The position numbers and the translations under genes were made by a program. Source: Cyanobacteria bacterium auto_48_18 (GTDB lineage: Bacteria; Cyanobacteriota; Vampirovibrionia; Obscuribacterales; Obscuribacteraceae). From it: a DNA stretch of 64,000 nucleotides. Where the stretch lies: positions 223,420-287,419 of the forward strand of contig JAVHQC010000022.1 of assembly GCA_036170915.1 (NCBI GenBank). Direction: 5' to 3'. Positions within the stretch are counted from its first letter, which is position 1; every line of letters starts with the position of its first letter. Below the pieces are notes generated by a model, which worked only from the letters and a program-made list of their open reading frames with translations, was not told the origin of the DNA and did not search any database. Positions 55,316 through 63,900 of the stretch are shown one piece after another.

Positions 55316-56314
55316 TTAGACGTGATACATGAGTGAGCGTTCGCTGCTCTTGCTGGTATTAACGAACGAATCAACAGTTTCTTGTAAACCGCGACGGAAA
55401 CCTTCATGACCGCCATAGTTTGGCGTCCAACCCAGCAATCGTTTGGCTTTGCTATTGTCGGCCCAGAGTCTTTCGACTTCGCTTTTCTCAGGACGAATTC
55501 GCGATGAATCAGACTCAATGGTGATTTCTGCTTTCATGATTTCGGCAATCAAGCTGACTGTGTCACCAATTGAAATTTCGTAGTTGCTGCCGATATTGAC
55601 CACTTCACCGTTAGACTTTTCGGTGGCCGCTGCCGCCATGAAGCCGCGCACTGTGTCGATAACATAGTTAAAGTCACGAGTTGGCGTCAGGGCGCCCAGT
55701 TTGAGCTGGCGCGCGCCGCTGGCTATTTGCAAAATTGTGGCTGGAATGACCGCTCTAGGTGACTGTCTGGGGCCATATGTATTGAATGGTCTGACGATAG
55801 TCACTGGAGTAGCAAATGAATTGAAGAAAGAAAGTGCCAACTGGTCGGCACCAATTTTAGTGGCAGAATAAGGTGACTGCCCTTGCAGCGGATGCTCTTC
55901 TGTAATGGGCACGAAGCGGGCTGTACCGTAAACTTCGCTGGTTGAGGTGTGTACGATTTTTTGACACTCCAATTCTCTACCGGCCATGAGCACATTAAGT
56001 GTGCCACCAATATTGGTGTCAACATACGAGCGGGGCGCTAAATAAGAGTAGGGAATGCCGATCAGCGCGGCCAGGTGGTAAACCATGTCGCAGCCGCGCA
56101 TAGCTTCGCGCACGCTGTGAAAATCGCGAATGTCACCGGTGACGATTTCTACTGACCGGAGTACTTCAGCACCAAGGCTGTCGAGGTTGCCCCAGCTGTT
56201 CCACGAGTTATAACAGACGAAAGCTTTGACCTCATGGCCTGCTTTGACGAGATTTTCTGTCAGGTGAGATCCGATAAAACCGTCGGCTCCAGACACGAAA
56301 ACTTTACTGGCCAT
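55316..56314 (-). CDS. NAD-dependent 4,6-dehydratase, LegB-like
   Basis: GADGFIGSHL, YNSWNSWG, LAALIGIPYSY, TSTSEVYGTA, QSPYSATKIGAD, RPEKSEVERL. Track start is 56332. Confidence 0.82.
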   Translation of the reverse strand: MASKVFVSGADGFIGSHLTENLVKAGHEVKAFVCYNSWNSWGNLDSLGAEVLRSVEIVTGDIRDFHSVREAMRGCDMVYHLAALIGIPYSYLAPRSYVDTNIGGTLNVLMAGRELECQKIVHTSTSEVYGTARFVPITEEHPLQGQSPYSATKIGADQLALSFFNSFATPVTIVRPFNTYGPRQSPRAVIPATILQIASGARQLKLGALTPTRDFNYVIDTVRGFMAAAATEKSNGEVVNIGSNYEISIGDTVSLIAEIMKAEITIESDSSRIRPEKSEVERLWADNSKAKRLLGWTPNYGGHEGFRRGLQETVDSFVNTSKSSERSLMYHV

Positions 56315-56485
56315 CTTAATCTTCCATATCAACTAAAGGGATAATGACAATATATACAAGCATGGTAGAGGCTCCGGCTGGTTTATTTTATGTTAAGCCG
56401 GTCTCTAGTATGTCTTGTGCCAATCGCCAAAAAGCAGCACCGGTGGCGCTTTGATGCTTACTCTGCCTTCTGCTATCATTAACGA

Positions 56486-57751
56486 ATGACAATTTCTGGG
56501 TCAATTCCTCGCACACTACTTCTGAGTTCCACCAGGCCGGGAGAAAGCAGCGTGGGTGAAGTCTTTTTGCGAGATATTTGCCGCCAATTTCCTCACGACA
56601 AACTTTTTTGTTTTGCCCCTATCGCCCCTGATTACGAGGTGGGCATTGCGTCTCCAGACCTGTCCTGGATTCCCATGCAAGTCTGCAATTTGCCAAAAGA
56701 GCGAGTCATACCACCAGGCTCTAATGCCGCGAGCGCCTGGATGCGCTCGAGAAAGCAGATGAACCAATGGAAGAAAGAATGCACACCAATTATCGAGGCG
56801 GCAGTTAAATATGCAGCAGAGGTAAAAGCTGAGGTGATCTGGGCCGTTCTCAGTGGCCCTGCTATTGTCTACATAACCAGTGAAGTGGTCCGCCGCACAA
56901 AGCTTCCGGTGATTCCGTTGGTGTGGGATCCTTTCGAGTATATTTTGATGAATCGTGGCTACAATCCGTCTACCAAACAGATTTTGCTCAATGAATTTGA
57001 AGAGGTTTTGAAGCTGTCCCAGAGCTGCGGTGTTGCTTCAGACGGCATGAAACAGTCATATGAGCTGAGATTCGGCATTCCGTGTGAGGCCCTAATCAAT
57101 TCAGTACCTAACAGTTATCGGCAGATTCGCGACGGACGTTTGCAAGAAGACGGCCGGTTAATCGTCGGTTTTGCCGGCAGTATTTATGCCAAAGACGAGA
57201 TGCAAGCCCTGCTGGCTGCCCTGACTCTGCTTGGTTGGGAGGTCGACGGGCGAGCAATCACATTGCGCATTCTTGGTAATGCGATGACACTATCAGCAGT
57301 GGCGGCGGGTAAAAAGTGTCGTATCGAGTTTCTTGGATTTTATCCGACTAAAGAGGCAATCGAACAGCTTGCACAAGTTGATATTACTTACCTGCCTTAC
57401 TGGTTTGACAGCAAGTATGCAGAGGCTGTCAGGCTCTGCTTCCCCAATAAGTTTTCTACTTATCTGGCATCAGGTTGTTTTACCCTTTATCACGGCCCGC
57501 AAGATTCGGCACCGACACGCTTAATTGAAAAATATCCTGTCGGTATTTGTTGCCATTCCATAGAGCCTCAGAAAATTGCTGACGCCATCAAGGAGTTTGC
57601 TGTTAATAATGAATTGCGCGAACGCGCTGCAGCAGCAAGAAAAGCTGTCCTAGAACAAGAACTCAATCAGGCTGTCAGTTTGCGGCGCATGGCCAAGCTT
57701 TTTAAAGTGGAAGAAACCGCATTTATGCAGGCGTCTGAATTTTTGCAATAG
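56486..57751 (+). CDS. GT-B-fold (GT4-like) glycosyltransferase
   Basis: VGFAGSIY, FLG, DITYLPY, FPNKFSTYLASG. Confidence 0.7.
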   Translation: MTISGSIPRTLLLSSTRPGESSVGEVFLRDICRQFPHDKLFCFAPIAPDYEVGIASPDLSWIPMQVCNLPKERVIPPGSNAASAWMRSRKQMNQWKKECTPIIEAAVKYAAEVKAEVIWAVLSGPAIVYITSEVVRRTKLPVIPLVWDPFEYILMNRGYNPSTKQILLNEFEEVLKLSQSCGVASDGMKQSYELRFGIPCEALINSVPNSYRQIRDGRLQEDGRLIVGFAGSIYAKDEMQALLAALTLLGWEVDGRAITLRILGNAMTLSAVAAGKKCRIEFLGFYPTKEAIEQLAQVDITYLPYWFDSKYAEAVRLCFPNKFSTYLASGCFTLYHGPQDSAPTRLIEKYPVGICCHSIEPQKIADAIKEFAVNNELRERAAAARKAVLEQELNQAVSLRRMAKLFKVEETAFMQASEFLQ

Positions 57752-57772
57752 TGGGACTATTTGAGGGAAGAC

Positions 57773-58855
57773 ATGAAGATTTTTACAGTGGTAGGCACAA
57801 GACCAGAAATAATTCGCTTGAGCCGCATTATTCCACTGCTCGACGAGTTTTGCGATCACACTCTCATTCATACCGGACAAAATTATGACGACAGTCTGTC
57901 TGAAGTGTTTTTCCGGGAGCTGGCAATTAGAAAACCAGATGAGTATTTGCAAGTGCAGTCGTCGAAGCCAGGCGAGCAAATTGGGCAGATTCTCACAAAG
58001 TTTGAGGAACTTGTGCGAACAGATAAACCAGATCGATTGCTCTTACTCGGCGATACGAATAGCGCACTGACAGCCATTATTGCTAAGAAGTATGGCATTC
58101 CTGTCTATCATATGGAAGCCGGAAATCGTTGCTTTGATGATCGTGTGCCGGAAGAAGCAAATAGACGCATAGTCGATCATTGTAGTGATGTGCTTTTGCC
58201 GTACACGCAAAACAGCAAGGCTAATTTATTGAGAGAAGGCATTGAGCCCAGGCGCATCTTCGTAACAGGCAACCCGATCAAAGAAATATTGATGGAGAAT
58301 ATGCCTGCCATTGATGCCTCTGAAATACTAAGTGAGCTTACTCTTTCGCCTAATGATTATTTCCTCAGCACTTTCCACAGGGCTGAGAATGTTGACGACC
58401 CAGTGCGCCTCGGACAAATTGTTCAGGCGCTGAGCCATCTCAGTGTAGAACATTCAAAGCCGGTCATTATCAGCACCCATCCGCGTACCCAGAGTAAGTT
58501 AGGTGAGCTTGAACGATCACTTCCTGGTCTGACTTTCATCGCACCGTTTTCGTTCTTTAACTTCGTCAAGCTCGAGAAGAACGCACACTGCGTCATTACT
58601 GATAGTGGCACAGTGCAAGAAGAGTGCAATATTCTGGGCGTGCCTAACGTCACGATTCGCGATTGCACAGAGCGCCCTGAGACTATAGAAGCAGGTAGTA
58701 ATTCTTTCGTTGGTACGGGCGAGACGCTGCTGTCTGACGCCGTGGCCTTTGCTTTGCGGGCCGGGTCTGACTGGGAGAAAATTCCTGAATACGAGAAAAC
58801 TTGCGTTAGTACAGTGGTGGTGAAGATACTGTTGTCGGCCACTTTGAGGGCTTAA
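57773..58855 (+). CDS. Non-hydrolysing UDP-HexNAc 2-epimerase (FnlC/QnlB/WbjD-like)
   Basis: VGTRPEIIRL, HTGQNYD, LGDTNS, HMEAGNRCFD.RVPEE, HRAENVD, TDSGTVQEE, TERPE. Confidence 0.88.
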   Translation: MKIFTVVGTRPEIIRLSRIIPLLDEFCDHTLIHTGQNYDDSLSEVFFRELAIRKPDEYLQVQSSKPGEQIGQILTKFEELVRTDKPDRLLLLGDTNSALTAIIAKKYGIPVYHMEAGNRCFDDRVPEEANRRIVDHCSDVLLPYTQNSKANLLREGIEPRRIFVTGNPIKEILMENMPAIDASEILSELTLSPNDYFLSTFHRAENVDDPVRLGQIVQALSHLSVEHSKPVIISTHPRTQSKLGELERSLPGLTFIAPFSFFNFVKLEKNAHCVITDSGTVQEECNILGVPNVTIRDCTERPETIEAGSNSFVGTGETLLSDAVAFALRAGSDWEKIPEYEKTCVSTVVVKILLSATLRA

Positions 58856-58943
58856 AGACTTTCTATCTCCAGAAGCTTGTTCTTTTCAATTATCTTGTGG
58901 GATACGAATGGGCTGCCAATGTCGGCGGGCTAAGGGTTCTCAG

Positions 58944-58976
58944 TATTTTAGCTAAAATAGACATTTTAGCTAAAGT
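58944..58976. promoter_or_regulatory. Tandem palindromic operator candidate upstream of the phd-relE module
   Basis: TATTTTAGCTAAAATA (perfect palindrome) and ATTTTAGCTAAAGT, 18-bp period. Confidence 0.65.
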
Positions 58977-59020
58977 AGCTCAATTGTTTAAAATGGGCAA
59001 TGACGTGGTAGATTCTAAAT

Positions 59021-59290
59021 GTGGCGAAGAAGGTAGCGACGATGAAGACCATTAAGGCAACCGAAGTCAAAAATCATTTTGGTGCCGTTCTTGACTCAGC
59101 ACTGGTTGAACCGGTGATGGTGCAAAAATCGGGTCGTTCCTCCGTGGTGATTCTGTCGGTAACTGAGTATGACCGGCTAATTGCTATGGAAGATGCCTAC
59201 TGGGCTGCACGTGCCAACGCCGCAGAAGCTTCCGGGTTTGTTTCAGCAGTAGAAGTTAAAAAGCTGATTGAGGATTTCGGGGTTGCGTAG
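59021..59290 (+). CDS. Phd/YefM-family antitoxin
   Basis: ATEVKNHFGAVLDSA..EPVMVQKSGR..VVILS..EY. Alternative start ATG 59042. Confidence 0.88.
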   Translation: MAKKVATMKTIKATEVKNHFGAVLDSALVEPVMVQKSGRSSVVILSVTEYDRLIAMEDAYWAARANAAEASGFVSAVEVKKLIEDFGVA

Positions 59291-59558
59291 CCTTATGCTG
59301 AGCAGAGAAGCCACCGATTTTATCCGCAACCTTGAACCAAAGCCTTTTAAGCAAGTCATGAATAAAGTGCTGGCTCTGTTAAACGACCCGCTTCCGGCGG
59401 ATTCACTGACTTTAAGAGGCTACGAGAATTTGTTTCGTACTGACATGGGTGAGCACCGAATAGTGTACCGGTTTGATGCAACAACTATTTTCGTCTTAGT
59501 CGTTGATAAGCGAAACGACGACGAAGTGTATAAAAAATTAGCCCGGAAAAATCTCTGA
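59268..59558 (+). CDS. RelE/ParE-family toxin
   Basis: DPLPADS..LRG..FRTDMGEHRIVY..VDKRNDDEVY; true start may be a few codons downstream. Confidence 0.85.
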   Translation: MRISGLRSLMLSREATDFIRNLEPKPFKQVMNKVLALLNDPLPADSLTLRGYENLFRTDMGEHRIVYRFDATTIFVLVVDKRNDDEVYKKLARKNL

Positions 59559-59559
59559 T

Positions 59560-60669
59560 TCAAATCAGTTTGGACCAGGTTTGCATTCTTTGTTCTTTAT
59601 CTAACCAGCTGATCGCAGCCCGCGCATTTATAGCTGGTGACTCTTCTGCTACAGAATCAATCAAGCTCGTCAAAACTTGCTCTATATACTGGTCGCCAAT
59701 ATCACTGACACAGAGGCCCAGGTGTTTGTGTTCCAAGACTTCGCTAAGGCAATAAGCTTCTTGACCATGAAATAGCAGCGAGGTGCCGGCCTGCAATGCC
59801 TCAGCCTGTTGCCTTCGCACCACAAATTCGTCAGCCGCTGCGATCTTTTTTTCTAGAGGGGCGCAAATATAAGTGAGATTAGCCTGCGCTATTTTGCTCT
59901 GTGCATATTCTTGCGAAAGTCTTCCAAGCCTGTTCAGCTCTAGACTTTCGGCTGGTCTTACTTCAAAAGTGTCGTCATAGCCGCCAAGGATATCCAGAAT
60001 AATTTTTACAGAATCTGGCCTCTGGGCCAGGCGATTCAATGCGTGGACAAATTTGGCAAATGTTGGTTGCGACAAAGTAGATGGCGCGTGGCAGATTATG
60101 CGGAAACTGTCAGCCGCACTTAAGTTCTGCCTGTTTGCCAACTCAAAATCTACAGGCAAGGGCAAAAGCTCGCATGGTTTATGCAGCTGACTGGTAATGT
60201 GATCATAGCCACTACTAGTAATGGCGGCACATTTTGTTGATTGGGCTATAAGCTTGTTAAATTCATCAATTAAGTGCTGCGAGAATGGTGCCAGGTCTTT
60301 ATTTCCTGCCACCATTGTTTCCATGGTATCGGCAGTGATTGTCACCAGCTCAGCCCCCAGGTCTCGGGCAATTTTGCCTGCTGTGAGCACAATGATTGGT
60401 GAGGCCAGTAGCGCCACTACTAATTCTATTTTTGGTTCAGCGGCCTGGCCGATTTTAAGACCTTCGTCGCAGACTGATTTGACGCAATCAGGAGCTAAAT
60501 TTGACGAGCCAATATTTTTTCGGCCAGGCGCACCCGGCACACTAGGGGCAAATGTAGTGATGGCTCCGCCAGCCGCAGTGGCAAGATCGGCTGCGTATGC
60601 GGCCACATAACTTGATGCTGGAGCGTCAGGTGTAGTCAAAAACAGAATTGCTTTTTCAGCCTCAGCCAT
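59560..60669 (-). CDS. Divergent GT-B-fold protein resembling 56486..57751
   Basis: Collinear similarity (VALLASPII vs WAVLSGPAI; LIDEFNKLI vs LLNEFEEVL), but the donor-binding motifs are eroded. Confidence 0.5.
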   Translation of the reverse strand: MAEAEKAILFLTTPDAPASSYVAAYAADLATAAGGAITTFAPSVPGAPGRKNIGSSNLAPDCVKSVCDEGLKIGQAAEPKIELVVALLASPIIVLTAGKIARDLGAELVTITADTMETMVAGNKDLAPFSQHLIDEFNKLIAQSTKCAAITSSGYDHITSQLHKPCELLPLPVDFELANRQNLSAADSFRIICHAPSTLSQPTFAKFVHALNRLAQRPDSVKIILDILGGYDDTFEVRPAESLELNRLGRLSQEYAQSKIAQANLTYICAPLEKKIAAADEFVVRRQQAEALQAGTSLLFHGQEAYCLSEVLEHKHLGLCVSDIGDQYIEQVLTSLIDSVAEESPAINARAAISWLDKEQRMQTWSKLI

Positions 60670-62210
60670 TATTTTTTTGCCGCTGGAGCATAGCTGCCTG
60701 GAGTTGCTCCTTCATGCACCGGCGACGCCACATGAGCTGCAGTGGTTGAATAAGTGTCATCTTCAATCGACTCAATCACACTGCCCAGGCCATTATTAGC
60801 CCTGGTATCAACCGTGTAGCGCGCAATTGGTTTGAAGACGAAAGCATTATTTTCTTTGGCAATGCGATTGTATTCAAATTCAATCACTGAATTTTCTGCA
60901 CATGGCAGTGTGCGGGAATAGCGCAGAATGCGCTCTTCGAACAATTCTTTGTTAGAGCAATAATATTTCAAAGTGGTAAAGAGGCTGGTGATGGCGATTG
61001 ATTCACAAACATGACTGAACCTGCCCCAGATGGGCCAGCCATAATTTGAGATCAGCGTTTTCTGGCCTGATGCCTGGTTCTTCTCGTAAATCATGATGAA
61101 GAAATTGACCACATCTACTGAGAAAACTCGCCAGATAATGATGCCGAATGTATTGGTATATTTTTCCAAAAATACTTGAAGCGGCTCTGGCAAACGTTTC
61201 TTCTTGTAGAAATTAAAGAACAAACCAGCATGGCTGAGCGGCAGAAGCACCAGGTAAATCCAGAGAGCAATCTCCAGACACAAAGCGGGAAGTGCTGACT
61301 GGTTTGCGAGCGGCGTGAGCTGACCTGTTTGAGGCAGTGGAATATGGCAGGCATTGAAAATTTGCTGGCACCATACTTCGCCAATTGAACCGGGATGGAA
61401 AAATAAGAAACAGCTGGCTATAACCATTTCGCAAAGCACTCCCAGGCGAATTTGAGTGCGAATGAAAATGAAACTCAAGAGCATGAGGGCGCCGCCCATA
61501 AATCTAGTGGCCGGCACAACCATCAATACCGCTGCAACAACTTCGGTCAGCCATGCCATCTGATCTAGAAAATTGAAAATTGGATTGTTAGGCTTAACCG
61601 TTTTCCAGAACTTCCACCAGTAGCCCCATTCAGGATTGACCATGCCGTATTCCATGCCTTCCTTTACGGCATAACCGGCAGTCATCTTATACAAGCCGGC
61701 CGATAGCATGATCAAAGCAAAGTCGACCTGGGCCACAAGAAGTACAAGACTGCGTTGCATTGGGGCAAACTCAAGTGAGCATTGCAGTAAGAAGACTATG
61801 AAAGCGAGCCAGTAGCTCATAAAGCCAGGCGCGCCCATGCCCCTGGCCACGCCCTTCCAGCGCATCTCGACAAAATAATACCGGCAAATAATCAGATTAA
61901 TCAGCGAAGCCATTAGCGGATGGTAATTGCAGACCAAAGCAATGGCACAACCGAGCCAGGCAGACCCGATCAGCACTGAGGCGAATGGGTTCTGTAAGGC
62001 ATCTTCGCGGGGAGAAGATTTTGCATAGCCGCCAAACTTTTCGCTGATGAAGAACTTATCCCAGCTGCGCAGGCTAATAGCAAAATGGCCAATCAGCAGG
62101 GCACCATAGGTGGTTCTGATTACAGCAAGCATGGTGTCGCTTATTTGGGGCGGAAACGCTGTTGGGCTTAATAGCAGTGGGCTTGTAAGCAGTTCCATAT
62201 CATGCGCCAC
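60669..62210 (-). CDS. HTTM-domain (vitamin K-dependent carboxylase-like) membrane protein
   Basis: Multiple TMs, RTTYG in TM1, MLSAGLYKM..G segment, EVVAAVL, soluble C-terminal domain. Confidence 0.6.
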   Translation of the reverse strand: MAHDMELLTSPLLLSPTAFPPQISDTMLAVIRTTYGALLIGHFAISLRSWDKFFISEKFGGYAKSSPREDALQNPFASVLIGSAWLGCAIALVCNYHPLMASLINLIICRYYFVEMRWKGVARGMGAPGFMSYWLAFIVFLLQCSLEFAPMQRSLVLLVAQVDFALIMLSAGLYKMTAGYAVKEGMEYGMVNPEWGYWWKFWKTVKPNNPIFNFLDQMAWLTEVVAAVLMVVPATRFMGGALMLLSFIFIRTQIRLGVLCEMVIASCFLFFHPGSIGEVWCQQIFNACHIPLPQTGQLTPLANQSALPALCLEIALWIYLVLLPLSHAGLFFNFYKKKRLPEPLQVFLEKYTNTFGIIIWRVFSVDVVNFFIMIYEKNQASGQKTLISNYGWPIWGRFSHVCESIAITSLFTTLKYYCSNKELFEERILRYSRTLPCAENSVIEFEYNRIAKENNAFVFKPIARYTVDTRANNGLGSVIESIEDDTYSTTAAHVASPVHEGATPGSYAPAAKK

Positions 62211-62715
62211 GCAAAGTAGAGAAAACGTGCAAGTCTACATATTTGCCATTAGACCAGCGCTCTTCCACGAGAATCGCTTCGCGTGCGTAGCCGGCTTTTT
62301 CAAATGCCTTTTGAGCCGGTAAATTAAAAGCCAGCACGTAACCAGTGAGTTTGTGCAAATTTAGCCATTCAAAACCATACTGTTTGATTAGCGCCAGCGC
62401 TTCAACTCCCAGGCCCTTACCAGAATGTCTGGGGTCGAGCACTATGCGCACTTCCGCCTTGGCGTTTTTAGTATCAATGCCGTGCAACCAAACGTTGCCT
62501 GCATGCTCTTTTGTGTCTAAAGTTTCGATGGCAAAATAGATAGTTTCATCTTTTTTGCCTTTCAAAAGATCAAACCAAATTTCTTGTTCGGCCTGCGAAA
62601 TTGGCGCAGTGCGGCCAAGAAACTTGCAGAGTTCGGTATCATTCAGCCAGGTCAAAGTCTTTTGAGCATGTTCGCGCTCGAAAGTGGCTAATGAAACTTT
62701 AGATCCGCTCAGCAT
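62200..62715 (-). CDS. GNAT N-acetyltransferase (RimL/PseH-like)
   Basis: WLND, GKGLGVEAL, LNLHKL, NLPAQKAFEKAGY. Confidence 0.85.
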   Translation of the reverse strand: MLSGSKVSLATFEREHAQKTLTWLNDTELCKFLGRTAPISQAEQEIWFDLLKGKKDETIYFAIETLDTKEHAGNVWLHGIDTKNAKAEVRIVLDPRHSGKGLGVEALALIKQYGFEWLNLHKLTGYVLAFNLPAQKAFEKAGYAREAILVEERWSNGKYVDLHVFSTLRGA

Positions 62716-63836
62716 GTAGTTTTAGCAGTAGCCTTTGGTTCGTAAATTTCTACTTCGGCACCGAGATCTTCTGCCATGATTTTCTTCAGGTGATCGCCAG
62801 ATTTTTGCAGAACGTTGAGCCAGCCGTAATTCCAGTCACGCACGCCGGCAAACCAGGCAGAGCAACCACGGCATGGGAAACATTCAGTTCCGCGACCGGC
62901 CATGTGCATTTCGCGATACCACTTGAAGGTCTCGCCTTGCCAAATGTCTTCAATAGAGACGTCTTTAGCATTGGGGAAGAGGTCTGAAGTCTTGAAAGTA
63001 ATGTCTTGTCCACAAAGGGCAATGCGACCAAGAGTATCAACGTTTAGTCTTTCGAAAGGCCAAACGCAAGGCTCTTTTGGTATCACTTTTTCGTTTGAGT
63101 AGAGATGCTTATCGAGTGCTTTGCCTTCTGGAATTTGTGTGTTGTCATCCCAGGTGAGGAATTTACGCGTGATTACTTCGTCTACGCCAATACCTTCATG
63201 CCAGAATTTTATTGCTTCATCCAATTTGCCTTCAATCAATTCTTGACGAATGATCGAAACTACAATTCTGGTCGGCCCTCTGAGCTCGTTGCGTTTTGCA
63301 ATGGCATATTTGACGTTGTTGACCTGTCTTTCCCACCATTCATCAGCTGTGCGGGTCATGCCACCTCTTGGTGGTCGAACTTCGGCATAGGTTTCAGCGT
63401 CGCCAGCGTCCATTGAAAATTCAATCAAGTCGACGCCGCAGGCGAGCAGGCGGTCAAGACGGTCACGATCGCGCTTCACTGGCCCGAACATGCTGCCATT
63501 GGTATTCAGCCAAACGCGTGCGCCCTTAGATTTGCCATACTCGATCATGTCGACCATGCCAGGGTGAAGCATAGGTTCACCACCGCCGGTGCAACGCATC
63601 CAGGCACCATATTTGCCGCATTCGTCGGCAATGCTGTTCCAGAGGTCTACTGGGAACAGCTCGGCGCTGTTGTCTCTATAAAATTTTCTAATCTCGGAGT
63701 TGCCGTCGGTATAAGGGCACATGGGGCAGCCAAAATTGCATGGATATATGATCGATAGTACGACCATTAAAGGGAATAGCTCTGCGCTAGGACGTATGCC
63801 CTGCTTGTCTAAGCTGCTTTGGGTTCCATTTGACAT
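62709..63836 (-). CDS. Radical SAM protein with SPASM/Twitch auxiliary cluster domain
   Basis: CNFGCPMC, GGGEPMLHP, NTNG; C-terminal CVWPF..ALCGQD..IEDIWQG..PCRGC. ATG 63836 with GGAG SD; track start is 63875. Confidence 0.88.
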   Translation of the reverse strand: MSNGTQSSLDKQGIRPSAELFPLMVVLSIIYPCNFGCPMCPYTDGNSEIRKFYRDNSAELFPVDLWNSIADECGKYGAWMRCTGGGEPMLHPGMVDMIEYGKSKGARVWLNTNGSMFGPVKRDRDRLDRLLACGVDLIEFSMDAGDAETYAEVRPPRGGMTRTADEWWERQVNNVKYAIAKRNELRGPTRIVVSIIRQELIEGKLDEAIKFWHEGIGVDEVITRKFLTWDDNTQIPEGKALDKHLYSNEKVIPKEPCVWPFERLNVDTLGRIALCGQDITFKTSDLFPNAKDVSIEDIWQGETFKWYREMHMAGRGTECFPCRGCSAWFAGVRDWNYGWLNVLQKSGDHLKKIMAEDLGAEVEIYEPKATAKTTC

Positions 63837-63862
63837 AGTTGCCGCTTCACTCCACCGATAAG

Positions 63863-63900
63863 TCCCATAGATCATCCAATGTATGGGATACCCGTGTCAA
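63863..63900 (-). promoter_or_regulatory. Candidate promoter with overlapping inverted repeat for the radical SAM operon
   Basis: TTGACA (63900-63895), 18 bp, GATGAT (63876-63871); TCCCATA-N12-TATGGGA brackets the -10. Confidence 0.5.
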
